Source: Nevskia soli DSM 19509
GTDB lineage: Bacteria; Pseudomonadota; Gammaproteobacteria; Nevskiales; Nevskiaceae
DNA: 32,000 nt
Direction: 5' to 3'
Assembly (NCBI RefSeq): GCF_000711955.1
Contig: NZ_JONR01000006.1
Span: 62,096-94,095 of the forward strand
The notes under the pieces are model-generated. The model was not told the origin of the DNA. It did not search any database and saw only the letters and a list, made by a program, of their open reading frames with translations. Below are positions 18,073-27,049 of this stretch, piece after piece; position 1 is the first letter of the stretch, and the number at the start of each line of letters is the position of its first letter. The translations under genes were made by a program, and so were the position numbers.

Positions 18073-19518
18073 CTATTGAGCGGCCTTGTCGATCCGCTTC
18101 AAGATCGCCATGGCCACTGACACCAATGAATCAACATCTGCATCCGGATTGGAAAGCGCGCGCAATTCGTCGTCAGTGGGTCTAGCGGCATTATTTCCAT
18201 GCGCCGGTAGTGTCGACCCAAAGAGATCTTCAGTTATCTTTTGGGCTGCACCTCCACTTGCCCCTATTGGCAAAAGGAATGCGCCAGATGCTTGCGCTAT
18301 TCGAGCCTCTTCTATAACCCCGTCTGCAATCACGATCGATGGATTGATCTCCTTAGCTCCTCCTACAAAAACCACAACGCCAGAAATTCTTGCAAGCTCT
18401 TGCCGCAGATCTGCCCATTGACGATCATGATTCGCGTGCTCAAGAAGCGCCTGGGGAAATGGCCGAACAATCAATCTTCGATCAATATCCCAACCGCCGC
18501 CTCCACGTAAAGAGTCGAGAAATCCGGCAAGCGCTGCTGAACCGACAACCAGTCCACCGCCACTCACTAGAGATTTTCCAGATTCGCCTATAGCACGGCC
18601 AATTTCCTCCGCGACTTTGTACGCCTTTGCCATTCCCCTACTTGGCTCGATAGGCCAACTACCGCTCACCCAGACGCGTTTTCTGGCAACACGTCGCTCA
18701 ATTTGATGGAGAAGACCCTGAACCTCTGAATATTCATCGATATCAACGGCAATGAGGCCGTAACGCCTCAGATCCTTGGCCCACAACGAATGCTGAGCGG
18801 CCCGTGCCTTGTATTCGGTATCCGATCTGAAATCATCCTTGTGTGGCGGCCTGACGATTGCAAAGTGTTCAGGGGGTGCCTCAGTAAAGCTCTCTCGTAT
18901 TAGTGAAAGTACGTGCCTAATATTTGGGTCGGTGAGGCTGAGGCCAACAAACAGCATTGACATGCTGGTCAGCTGAGCTTGAAGTAATGGCAGATATGCA
19001 CCACGTTTTGATCTATACAGTTCATAGTCGTCTGTAGAGATAACAACATCATCGAGGCGATCGACGGAGCCGTGCATTTTGTATAGACGCGTTGCCCCTG
19101 GGGTGGCTTTGAGGGAAAGATCCTTCGGCGATGACAGCAAATCTAACGGCCGGCCAATAGCTTCAAATGCACGCTCGATAAGGCGGTCATAGTTCGTTGT
19201 CCAGATGTGACGAACAGGCAGTCGAGCTATCACGGCCAACGAATCAGGTACTGGATAAAGCGGTCCAAGTTTTTCGCGGATGACGCTTCGCACCCGTGTC
19301 GCGCTCCCCGTTTCTTGGATACTCCATTGGGCCAACGCCGCTAAATCATGGATATCGCTTGAACTTACACCCAGTTCCTCCCCAATTTCATGTAGTAGAT
19401 TTGACCAAGATGGATATCCGGCCCCCATCGAGACGCCAGCTCCAACGAATAAGGCTGCGTTTCCGCTTTCGAGGGCCTCAGGGAAGTCCTTTAGAAACCT
19501 AGTCCTAGCCATGTTCAT
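18073..19518 (-). CDS. thsA: Thoeris ThsA: N-terminal SIR2-like NADase domain + C-terminal SLOG sensor domain
   Basis: 481 aa. SIR2_2-type motifs are ALFVGAGVSMGAGYPSW, IWTTNYDRLIE (Asn ~109) and LYKMHGSVD (His ~149). These are near the catalytic N112/H152 positions I recall for Bacillus ThsA. The C-terminal half has SLOG/LOG-like glycine motifs (VWVSGSW, LVSGGGLVVGSAALAGF, VVFVGGA, LLPIGASGGAA). Confidence 0.9.
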   Translation of the reverse strand: MNMARTRFLKDFPEALESGNAALFVGAGVSMGAGYPSWSNLLHEIGEELGVSSSDIHDLAALAQWSIQETGSATRVRSVIREKLGPLYPVPDSLAVIARLPVRHIWTTNYDRLIERAFEAIGRPLDLLSSPKDLSLKATPGATRLYKMHGSVDRLDDVVISTDDYELYRSKRGAYLPLLQAQLTSMSMLFVGLSLTDPNIRHVLSLIRESFTEAPPEHFAIVRPPHKDDFRSDTEYKARAAQHSLWAKDLRRYGLIAVDIDEYSEVQGLLHQIERRVARKRVWVSGSWPIEPSRGMAKAYKVAEEIGRAIGESGKSLVSGGGLVVGSAALAGFLDSLRGGGGWDIDRRLIVRPFPQALLEHANHDRQWADLRQELARISGVVVFVGGAKEINPSIVIADGVIEEARIAQASGAFLLPIGASGGAAQKITEDLFGSTLPAHGNNAARPTDDELRALSNPDADVDSLVSVAMAILKRIDKAAQ

Positions 19519-19838
19519 CCCGTTGTCCTTTTGACTTTAGTTTGGGCGCACAGGTACATCTATGATGCGACCTGAACTTGCCTTAAAACATCATCGGCTA
19601 AAGCCCGACTCGGGAGGCCAACCTAAATTACTCTGCGATACGCCTTTTAGTCACCCACGGAAGGCTAACCAACTGCTAACTTCTTTAAATGTTCAGCCAA
19701 TCAACCACTTGGAGATGTGCAAAACATCTAAGGCTTAGTCCAACTCTCGAAAAGGGCGGGAATGCGATCACTGAGCTTGCGATTTAGCTGAAGAGACTGG
19801 GCGCGTATATCCCGCGAAACAGGATCGCCAGAAAACGC

Positions 19839-20735
19839 CTAGTTAATCATCCGATTCGCCCGCAACTTCTCCACCGCAAACTCGACAAACGCCCGCACCT
19901 TCGCCGAAGCGCGCCGACCTTCCGGATACACCACGTGGACCGGCAGCGGTTCTTCCTCGAACCCGGAGAGGATGGTCTGCAAGCGCCCTTCGACCAGTTC
20001 CGAGCCGATCTGGTAAGACAGGACGCGGGTGATGCCCCAGCCGTCCGTGGCGGCGCGGATGGCGGCTTCGTTGGTGCTGCAAAACAGCCGGGGGTGGACG
20101 TGGATGCCGATCTCGCGCTGGCGGCCGAAGCGCCATTCGAGCGAGGCCCAGGCGGCGGTGGAGGCGACGATGGTGTGGTTGGCGAGGTCGGCGGGGACCT
20201 TGGGGGTGCCGTGCTTTTCGAAGTAGGCGGGTGAGCCGCAGACGACGCGGCGGACGGAGCCGACGGGGATGGCGCGGTATTCGGAGTCCGGCAGGTGGCC
20301 GATGCGGATGGCCACGTCCACGCCTTCTTCGACGATGTTGACGATGCGGTCCAGGAACAGGGCGCGGCCGGTCATGGTGGGATGCTGCGTCAGAAACTCG
20401 GTGATGATCGGCAGCACATGCAGCTTGCCGAACTGGACCGAGGCGGTGACGATCAGGGTGCCGGTGGGCTTGGCGTGGGAGCCGGCGGCGGCGGCTTCGG
20501 ACTCGGCGATGTCGTTGAGGATGCGGCGGCAGTCTTCGGCGTAGCGGGCGCCGGCATCGGTGACCTTGGTGGTGCGGGTGGTGCGGATCAGCAGGCGGGC
20601 GCCGATGGCTTCTTCGAGCGCGGCGACGGCGCGCGTGACGGCGGGCGGGCTCATGTGGAGCTGGCGCGAGGCTTCGCTGAAGCCGCCGGTTTCCACCACC
20701 TTGAGAAAGACCTTCATCGCCTGCAGGTGATCCAT
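19839..20735 (-). CDS. LysR-family transcriptional regulator
   Basis: The ORF is open to 20999. The typical LysR N-terminus MDHLQAMKVFLKVVETGGFSEASRQLHMSPPAVTRAVAALEE starts at the ATG at 20735 (298 aa). Alternative ATGs lie at 20777 and 20792. Confidence 0.9.
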   Translation of the reverse strand: MDHLQAMKVFLKVVETGGFSEASRQLHMSPPAVTRAVAALEEAIGARLLIRTTRTTKVTDAGARYAEDCRRILNDIAESEAAAAGSHAKPTGTLIVTASVQFGKLHVLPIITEFLTQHPTMTGRALFLDRIVNIVEEGVDVAIRIGHLPDSEYRAIPVGSVRRVVCGSPAYFEKHGTPKVPADLANHTIVASTAAWASLEWRFGRQREIGIHVHPRLFCSTNEAAIRAATDGWGITRVLSYQIGSELVEGRLQTILSGFEEEPLPVHVVYPEGRRASAKVRAFVEFAVEKLRANRMIN

Positions 20736-20833
20736 CTGCGCTTCCCGTGGTGCGTTCGCGATCCGGCGCAGGGGCATTGCCGTGGTGTCCATTCTAGCGG
20801 ACGGTGATGCGGCCCTCTCCGCCGTGGCGGCTT

Positions 20834-22939
20834 TCACAGGTCGAGCTGGACGCTGTTGCGGCCGTCCGGGCTGGCAGCCGGCACGGCGCAGCAGATGAGC
20901 ACTTCGCCCGGGCCGATCTCGGCCGTGGGGGCCTTGGTATAGGCGACGGTGCCGGCGAGCAGGCGCGTACGGCAACTGCCGCAGCTGCCGCCGCGGCAAC
21001 TGAACTCCGGCGCGAGGCCGCGGGCTTCGGCCAGCTCGAGCAGGGAGCCGCCGCCGGGTGTCCAGCGGGCTTCCTTGGCGGACTTGAGGAAGGCCACCGG
21101 CACCGGCTGCTGCGCCGGGGTGCCGAGGTCCACGGCGGGGGCGCCGGCATCGGCGGTGCGCTGGATGCCGGCGGGGCCGAAGGCTTCGGCGTGGATGCGG
21201 GTGTCGGCGATATGGAGTCCGCGCAGGCCTTCGTAGCTGCCCTGCATGAAGGACGGCGGGCCGCAGAGGTAGAAGTCGTAGTCGTCGAACGGCAGGGTCT
21301 TTTTCAGCAGCGCCATGTCGATGCGGCCGGCGGCTTCGTAGTCGCGGCCCTGGGTGGCGCCATCGGTCTGGCTCAGCACGCGGACCAGGGTGATGGCGCC
21401 GGCGGCGCGATCAACCAGGACGGAAAGCTCGCGCTCGAAGGCGCGCTCGGCGGCGGTGCGCGCGGCGTAGAACACCCAGGTGGGCCGGACGCGGCGGGTG
21501 CGCAGGCCTTCGTAGACGAGGTGGCGCAGCATGGAGAGGATGGGGGTGATGCCGATGCCGGCGGCGAGCAGCACGGCGGGGCGGCGCTCGGCGGCGTCGA
21601 TGGTGAAGGCGCCGGCGGGGGCGCGGGCTTCGATCAGGTCACCGGCATGCAGGCTGTGCAGGTGCTTCGACGCCCTGCCCTCGCGTTTGACGCTGATGCG
21701 GTAGATACCGTCCGAAGGGGCGGTGGAGAGGGTGTAGGTGCGCAGTACCGGCGCCGCGGCACCGGGGAGCGTGAGGCGGATCGGCAGGTGCTGACCGGCG
21801 GCATGGGGGATGAGGCCGGCGCCGTCGGCGGGTTCCAGCTGGAAGGAGCGGATGCCGGCGCTCTCGTCCACGATCTGCGCGATGCGGAAGGGACGCCAGG
21901 CGCTGGCGAGTTGGGCGGCCTTGAGGCGCTCGGCGGCCTGGCTCCAGTCGCCGGTCATGAGGGAGTTGGGCGACCAGCCGGCCTGCTCGAAGGCCCAGCG
22001 CAGCGGCAGGGCGTCCGCGCGATAGACGATGCGGCGGGGGGTGAAGCGCCACAGGCGCTCGGCGCCCTGGAAGGCGGCGATCTCCGGCGAGTCGGTCAGC
22101 ACTTCGGCGGTGCCGGAGAGTTGCAGCAGGTCGCCGCTGGCGAAGTCGACGAAGACCAGGCCGGCGCGGGGATTGAGCAGGAGGTTGCCGAGGGTGTTGA
22201 AGAACAGGTTGCCGGCGAAGTCCGGAATGGTGAGCACGCCGTCCTCGCCCAGGCGCACGAAGCCGGCCTTGCCGCCGCGGTGGGAGACATCCACTTGGCG
22301 CGTGCCGTTTTCGGCATCGACGTAGGTGGCGACGAAGAAGGTGTCGGCGCCGGTGATGAGGGCGCGGGCGCGCTCGTCCAGGCTTTGCAGTTCCTCCGGC
22401 GGCGTGCTTGCAGGCGCGGCGGGCTCGCGGGCGAAGCGGTAGTCGCGCAGCTGGATGTATTGCGGGCAGTTGCCGTAGCTCTGCTGGACCTGGATGTCGA
22501 AGCCTTCAGCGGCGCCGCGGCGGATGGTGCCGTTGAGACGATTGCGGCGGCGGGTTTGCAGCTCGATGCCGAGCAGGGCGATGGCCTTGCCGTCTTCCAT
22601 GCCGCTGTCCGCGGGATCGGCTTCATCACGCGCCAGGGCGGCGTGCAGCACCTGCGGGTCCGGCGAGTGGAGGAAGCCGGGCGCGCCGGCACGCAGGGTG
22701 GCCCAGGCATCGCCCTGCGCATCCACCGCTCCGAGGGCCACGAAGGGCAGCAATGGGTAGAACTGGCGGTGTTGGTCGATCAGGTGGTTGCGGATGACGC
22801 GGCGGCCGACATCGGCCATGCGCTCGGCGGCGCCCACGGTGCGCTGCATGGCGATCTCGCCGGCGTGCCAGGGCGATGCGTCTAGCCAGTTGGCTGGTGG
22901 GGGCATGGGAGTCTCCGCGACGGGCTTGCGGGGCGGCAT
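20834..22939 (-). CDS. Three-domain oxidoreductase: PNPOx-like FMN-binding split barrel + FNR-like FAD/NAD(P) module + C-terminal 2Fe-2S ferredoxin
   Basis: 701 aa (an alternative ATG at 22906 has a GGAGA SD). PNPOx-like segment is HRGGKAGFVRL...PDFAGNLFFNTLGNLLLNPRAGLVF. FNR motifs are RTYTLSTAP and AVLLAAGIGITPILSML. The ferredoxin cluster is CRGGSCGSCRTRLLAG...CC. Confidence 0.8.
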   Translation of the reverse strand: MPPRKPVAETPMPPPANWLDASPWHAGEIAMQRTVGAAERMADVGRRVIRNHLIDQHRQFYPLLPFVALGAVDAQGDAWATLRAGAPGFLHSPDPQVLHAALARDEADPADSGMEDGKAIALLGIELQTRRRNRLNGTIRRGAAEGFDIQVQQSYGNCPQYIQLRDYRFAREPAAPASTPPEELQSLDERARALITGADTFFVATYVDAENGTRQVDVSHRGGKAGFVRLGEDGVLTIPDFAGNLFFNTLGNLLLNPRAGLVFVDFASGDLLQLSGTAEVLTDSPEIAAFQGAERLWRFTPRRIVYRADALPLRWAFEQAGWSPNSLMTGDWSQAAERLKAAQLASAWRPFRIAQIVDESAGIRSFQLEPADGAGLIPHAAGQHLPIRLTLPGAAAPVLRTYTLSTAPSDGIYRISVKREGRASKHLHSLHAGDLIEARAPAGAFTIDAAERRPAVLLAAGIGITPILSMLRHLVYEGLRTRRVRPTWVFYAARTAAERAFERELSVLVDRAAGAITLVRVLSQTDGATQGRDYEAAGRIDMALLKKTLPFDDYDFYLCGPPSFMQGSYEGLRGLHIADTRIHAEAFGPAGIQRTADAGAPAVDLGTPAQQPVPVAFLKSAKEARWTPGGGSLLELAEARGLAPEFSCRGGSCGSCRTRLLAGTVAYTKAPTAEIGPGEVLICCAVPAASPDGRNSVQLDL

Positions 22940-22961
22940 CTACCGCCCCGCGTGTGCCGGA

Positions 22962-23579
22962 TCAGCGCTTGGCGGACAGGCCGACGGCGGTCTGCTGGAA
23001 CGGGACGAAGCCGGGCAGCGCTTCGATGCGGGCCAGCCAGGCCGTGACGTTGGGATAGGCCGAGAGGTCCACATTGCCCTCCGGGGCGCGGGCGATGTAG
23101 CTGTAGAGGGCCAGGTCGGCGAGCGTGGGGCGCGGAGCGGCGAGCCATTCGCGGTCCGTCAACGCGGCTTCGATGCGCTTGAGCAGGACGTGGGCGCGGG
23201 CGATCACTTCGTCGGCATTGAAGGCGGCGCCGAATACGGTGATGAGGCGCGCGGCGGCCGGGCCGTAGGCCACGTCGCCCGCCGCGACGGAGAGCCATTT
23301 CTGCACGGCGGCGGCCGCGGCGGGCTCTTCCGGCAGCCAGCCGGTCTTGTCGTACTTCTTCGCCAGGTAGACGAGGATGGCGTTGGAATCGACGACGACC
23401 GTGCCCTGGTCGTCGATCACCGGCACCTGGCCGAAGGGGTTGAGCTTGAGAAACTCGGGCGTCTTCTGCTCGCGCTTGGTCAGATCGACCACGATCTGCT
23501 CGTGCTCGATGCCGAGCAGGGAGAGGAACAGGCGGACGCGGTGGGAGTGTCCGGACAGCGGATGGAAGTAGAGCTTCAT
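22962..23579 (-). CDS. Glutathione S-transferase
   Basis: The ATG at 23579 is preceded by [39 protein letters not shown]...[28 protein letters not shown] is a classic GST N-terminal domain. Confidence 0.9.
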   Translation of the reverse strand: MKLYFHPLSGHSHRVRLFLSLLGIEHEQIVVDLTKREQKTPEFLKLNPFGQVPVIDDQGTVVVDSNAILVYLAKKYDKTGWLPEEPAAAAAVQKWLSVAAGDVAYGPAAARLITVFGAAFNADEVIARAHVLLKRIEAALTDREWLAAPRPTLADLALYSYIARAPEGNVDLSAYPNVTAWLARIEALPGFVPFQQTAVGLSAKR

Positions 23580-23769
23580 GGTCATTCTCCTGGGGTGAGG
23601 TGGCCGGGAAGGACTCCCGTTCACGCAGGAGCAGGTTATTGGCCACGGCGCCCAGGCAGAAGATGGTTTGTCAGGAAGGGACTATTTCATTGGGAGGAAT
23701 AGTGCGGTCGGCGGGGCATCAAACCTCAACCAGCCTCTTGCGCTTATTTCCGCGCCCCATGATCCTGCA

Positions 23770-24090
23770 ATGCAAATACGACGTACGGAGCGCCCTCAAG
23801 TGAAGTCCGCGACGATTCCATCTTTGCGTATAGCGCCCGAGGTATGGGAAGCAGCTGAAAGCGTCCTGCGCGAGGGCGAAACCTTGTCCAGCTTCGTCGA
23901 GCAATCGGTGAAGGCCAACATCCTGCGGCGACGGGTGGAAAGGGCATTCGTGGAAAAAGGCCTGGCCTCGGCACAAGAGGCACGTGGTTCCGGTGAATAT
24001 GTAAGCGCGGACGCAGTGCTTGAGGAACTCAGTTCAATGCTGAAATCCGCCGGGCGTGCAAATGTGGACTTGCAACAGGGTGGCGGATAA
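23770..24090 (+). CDS. Small ribbon-helix-helix-like protein (YlcI/YnfO-type, antitoxin-like), orphan
   Basis: SATIPSLRIAPEVWEAAESVLREGETLSSFVEQSVKANILRRR...GEYVSADAVLEEL fits the pattern I recall for YlcI/YnfO-family small proteins. The start is ambiguous (ATG 23770 or GTG 23800). No toxin gene is adjacent. Confidence 0.5.
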   Translation: MQIRRTERPQVKSATIPSLRIAPEVWEAAESVLREGETLSSFVEQSVKANILRRRVERAFVEKGLASAQEARGSGEYVSADAVLEELSSMLKSAGRANVDLQQGGG

Positions 24091-24177
24091 CTCCGACGAG
24101 CCACAGGCCGCCTCTTGAGGGCGAAATCCGCCGCGCCCGTTCAGATGATTCCTGCGAAAATGGCGTCTCTCCGAACC

Positions 24178-24206
24178 CCTGGATACCGGCTTGCGCCGGT
24201 ATGACG
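24178..24206 (+). repeat. REP-like hairpin, same family as 4149-4177
   Basis: cctggataccggcttgcgccggtatgacg compared with cctggattccggctttcgccggaatgacg. The stem differences are compensatory (TA/TA instead of TT/AA). Confidence 0.7.
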
Positions 24207-24243
24207 CCGTTGCTTTGGCATCGAACCCGAGTCAAGGACATTG

Positions 24244-25167
24244 ATGAGCCGCTTCAAAGCCGACCTGCTGCTCCTGCTGTGCGCCTTCATCTGGGGCACG
24301 GCCTTTGTCGCGCAGAAGGATCTGCACGCCGCGGCGTGGCCGGTGTTGTTCGTGGCTTCGCGCTTCCTGTTGTCGGCGCTGCTGCTGGCGCCGCTGGCGC
24401 TGTTCGAGGGCCGCAGGCCGGCGGCGCCGCCGGTGCGGGGGCGCGACCTGGGGCTGGGTGTGCTGATCGGCGCCTGCCTGTGCACCGGGGCGACGATGCA
24501 GCAGTGGGCGCTGACCAGCACCACGGCGACCAATGGCGGCTTCCTCACGGCGGTGTATGTGGCCTTCGTGCCCTTCGTGGTGTGGGCGATTGCGGGCACC
24601 CGGCCGCGGCCGATGGTGTTGCTGGCCTGCGCCATCGCGGTGCTCGGGGCCTGGCTATTGGCGGACCATGGGCACGGCCAGGGCTGGTCCACCGGCGACC
24701 TGGTGCTGCTGGCCGCGGACCTGCTGTGGGCGCTGCACATCACGCTGATCGCGAAATTCCTCGGGCAGTTGAACCGGCCGTTCCTGCTGTGCTTCATCCA
24801 GTACGCGGTGACCGCGGTCGGCGCGGGGATCTTCAGCTTCTGCACCGAGCATGCGGTGTGGGCGGATTTCCAGTCGGGGTTGCCGGCGATCGCCTATGCG
24901 GGCATCGCCTCGGGCGGCATCGCCTACACCTTGCAGATCGTGGCGCAGCGGCATGCGCCCGCGGCGGAGGCGGCGCTGATCCTGTCGCTGGAGAGCGTGT
25001 TCGCGGCGATTGCCGGGGCGCTGGTGCTGCATGAGCGGCTGAGCACGGTGGCGACCATCGGCTGCCTGCTGATCCTGGCGGGGGCGGTGACGGTGGACCT
25101 GGCGCCGGCGGTGCACCGGGGATTGATGCGGGTGGTGCGTGGCGCGGCGAAGGCGCCGCCGGGTTAG
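24244..25167 (+). CDS. DMT-superfamily (EamA-like) transporter
   Basis: The track ORF starts at TTG 24241. The first ATG is at 24244 (MSRFKADLLLLLCAFIWGTAFVAQK). It has ten hydrophobic segments in two EamA-like halves. Confidence 0.85.
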   Translation: MSRFKADLLLLLCAFIWGTAFVAQKDLHAAAWPVLFVASRFLLSALLLAPLALFEGRRPAAPPVRGRDLGLGVLIGACLCTGATMQQWALTSTTATNGGFLTAVYVAFVPFVVWAIAGTRPRPMVLLACAIAVLGAWLLADHGHGQGWSTGDLVLLAADLLWALHITLIAKFLGQLNRPFLLCFIQYAVTAVGAGIFSFCTEHAVWADFQSGLPAIAYAGIASGGIAYTLQIVAQRHAPAAEAALILSLESVFAAIAGALVLHERLSTVATIGCLLILAGAVTVDLAPAVHRGLMRVVRGAAKAPPG

Positions 25168-25192
25168 TTGAAATCCGAACCTATCAAGAAGC

Positions 25193-25252
25193 GTCATTCC
25201 GGCTAAGCCGGAGTCATTGAAGCGCTGGACCCCGGCTTTCGCCGGGGTGACG
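25193..25252. repeat. Two REP-like hairpins of the same family in opposite orientation (25193-25212 inverted; 25224-25252 direct)
   Basis: gtcattccggctaagccggag plus gctggaccccggctttcgccggggtgacg. The second copy carries compensatory CC/GG in the stem. Confidence 0.65.
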
Positions 25253-25303
25253 TTTTGATTTGAACTTCATTGAAATATTTTCGGCTTTTGCCGAACACCG
25301 CAA

Positions 25304-27049
25304 TCAGGGATAGAGGTCGGCCAGCTTGCGCGTCGTCGTGCCCCGAGCCGAAGCCTTGGGCAAGGAGGTGAGGGCCGCGGCCAGTTCCGCGCCGCGCCAG
25401 GCGCCGGCGGCGTAGCAGGCGCGGTCCAGCTCGCGCAGCAATCCGCCGAGGGCGGGATCGCCCAGGCGCTGGGCCAGGGCATTGAGGCCGGTCATGCGCT
25501 CATCGGGCCAGGTGGCGCGTACCCAATCCAGCAGGTGCTTACGCGCGGCCTGCGCATCATCGGCGGCGCAAGCCTGCTGGAACGCCTTGCGGGCGGGGCC
25601 GGCATTCAGATTCGTACTTTCAGGTACCGAATTTCCGACCGGCACCGGATTGCGCTGCGCATTGCGGAGCTGGAACCACCACGCGGCAAGCGTGCCGATC
25701 CAGAGCAGGCAGAGCACAAGGCTGAGCCAGGGCCACCAGGATTGCAGCGCGGGCTTTGCCGCAAGCGGCGGAGACGGGGGCAGATCCACGCTCGGCGCAG
25801 GCCCGGGTGCGGCGGCGGCACCGGGCGGCGGCGCGGCGGATGCGGGCGCGGCGGGCGCAGGCTCGCCACCGGCTGCGGGCAGGATCTCCAGGGTGCGCTC
25901 CGGCATCACGGCTTCGCGCTGCGTGTCCTGCGCGGTGTCCCACCAGGACAGGCGCAAGGCGGGAAGCTGGTAGCGGCCCGGGCGGCTGGCGATGAGGGCG
26001 ATGTCCTGCTCGCGGGTGCCGACAACGTCGCTGTCCTGCAAGGTGTCGTCGAGCTTGGGCTGGTCGGGATAGGCCTTGATGCCTTCCGGCAGGGACAGGC
26101 TGGCGCCGAGGTCCGGCAGTTGCGCGGCGGTGAGGCCGCGGGCGCGCAGGCGCAGGTGCAGGGTGATCGGCTCGCCGACGTGCACCGCGGCGCCGTCCGG
26201 GCGCCAGGCTTCTTCCAGGGTGACCTGCCGGGCGGGCAGCCAGTCGTGCCCGCTGGCGGCGGCGGGACGCGGACGCACTTCGAGCTTGATGGCTTCGCCG
26301 TGCAGGCGCAGCGGACGGGTGGTCTGCATCATGGCGCCGAAGGGGCCGCCATTGCTCGCGTCGAAGACCTGGGCGTCGAGTACCGGGCCGTCGAGGGTGA
26401 GGCTCCCGCTGCGCTGCGGCAGCAGCAGGTACTGGCGTTCGATCACGTCATAGGAGTGGCCATTGCGCGTCTCGGTGGTCCGGCGGTCCTGGCCCGGCAT
26501 CTGCTGCACCGACACGTCGTTGCTGCCGGTCAGATCGAGGCTGGCCTGGTAGAAGCGCTTGTCGGTGTGCAGCCGCACCGTCAGCACCACGGCGGCCTGC
26601 ACGTAGGGCTTGTTCTGGTCGAGCGTGGTGGTGAGGAAGACGTGCGGCGCGCTGGCGCCGACCGTGCCGGCCTGATCCTCGGACGGCTGGTCGGAAACGG
26701 TGAGCGTGAGCGCGGCGGTCTGCTGGCCGTCCCAGCTCAGCGGGGGAATCTGCAACTTGCCGGCGTGCTTCGGCGCAAGGGTGAGGCTCAGCACGCGCTG
26801 CGACGACAGGTCGCCGTTGACCAGCTGGAAGCTGGAGCTGCTGTTGCGCTCCAGCACGTCGAAGTCCTTGTTCAGCGGCGCGAGGTCCGGATCGCCGCCG
26901 CCGCGGCCTTCGTGCTGCAGGCTGAGCTGCACGGTTTCGCCGGAGGCGATCTGGTCGCGGTCCAGCGAGGCGCTGATGGCCCCGGCCAGCGCCGGCAGGC
27001 TCAGGCCGCAGGCCAGCAGGGCGGTGACGATGAAGAGGATCTTTTTCAC
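25304..27049 (-). CDS. batD: BatD-family (oxygen-tolerance) protein
   Basis: The ORF is open to 27175, but the GTG at 27049 forms GTGA with the batC stop. It yields VKKILFIVTALLACGLSLPALAG (signal peptide), a long beta-rich region, a Pro/Ala-rich linker, a C-terminal TM segment (WWPWLSLVLCLLWIGTLAAWWF) and a tail. Its last position in the Bat operon fits BatD. Confidence 0.75.
   Translation of the reverse strand: MKKILFIVTALLACGLSLPALAGAISASLDRDQIASGETVQLSLQHEGRGGGDPDLAPLNKDFDVLERNSSSSFQLVNGDLSSQRVLSLTLAPKHAGKLQIPPLSWDGQQTAALTLTVSDQPSEDQAGTVGASAPHVFLTTTLDQNKPYVQAAVVLTVRLHTDKRFYQASLDLTGSNDVSVQQMPGQDRRTTETRNGHSYDVIERQYLLLPQRSGSLTLDGPVLDAQVFDASNGGPFGAMMQTTRPLRLHGEAIKLEVRPRPAAASGHDWLPARQVTLEEAWRPDGAAVHVGEPITLHLRLRARGLTAAQLPDLGASLSLPEGIKAYPDQPKLDDTLQDSDVVGTREQDIALIASRPGRYQLPALRLSWWDTAQDTQREAVMPERTLEILPAAGGEPAPAAPASAAPPPGAAAAPGPAPSVDLPPSPPLAAKPALQSWWPWLSLVLCLLWIGTLAAWWFQLRNAQRNPVPVGNSVPESTNLNAGPARKAFQQACAADDAQAARKHLLDWVRATWPDERMTGLNALAQRLGDPALGGLLRELDRACYAAGAWRGAELAAALTSLPKASARGTTTRKLADLYP

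Larger units (their letters stand above)
14300..19838. other. Low-G+C genomic (defence) island with six co-oriented minus-strand genes; no integrase, transposase or tRNA
   Basis: I counted single 60-nt lines by hand. Inside the island they gave 42% (15541), 50% (17221) and 55% (18241) G+C. Flanks gave 63% (13021) and 78% (21001). The right edge abuts the LysR stop codon (19839). The left edge is approximate. Confidence 0.7.

Noticed and set aside
14298-19677. Possible island-flanking direct repeat aaccaactact (14298-14308) / aaccaactgct (19667-19677)
   Set aside because: It is only a 10/11 match. About one 8-mer match is expected by chance between two ~300-bp regions, and there is no associated integrase or tRNA.
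19562-19738. 58-codon plus-strand ORF (MMRPELALKHHRLKPDSGGQ...) in the thsA upstream region
   Set aside because: It has no SD and no recognisable motif, and it lies in the probable promoter region of the minus-strand operon. Probably non-coding.
20804-22885. 693-aa plus-strand ORF opposite the oxidoreductase
   Set aside because: Gly/Ala-rich antisense shadow. The minus strand carries clear FNR and 2Fe-2S motifs.
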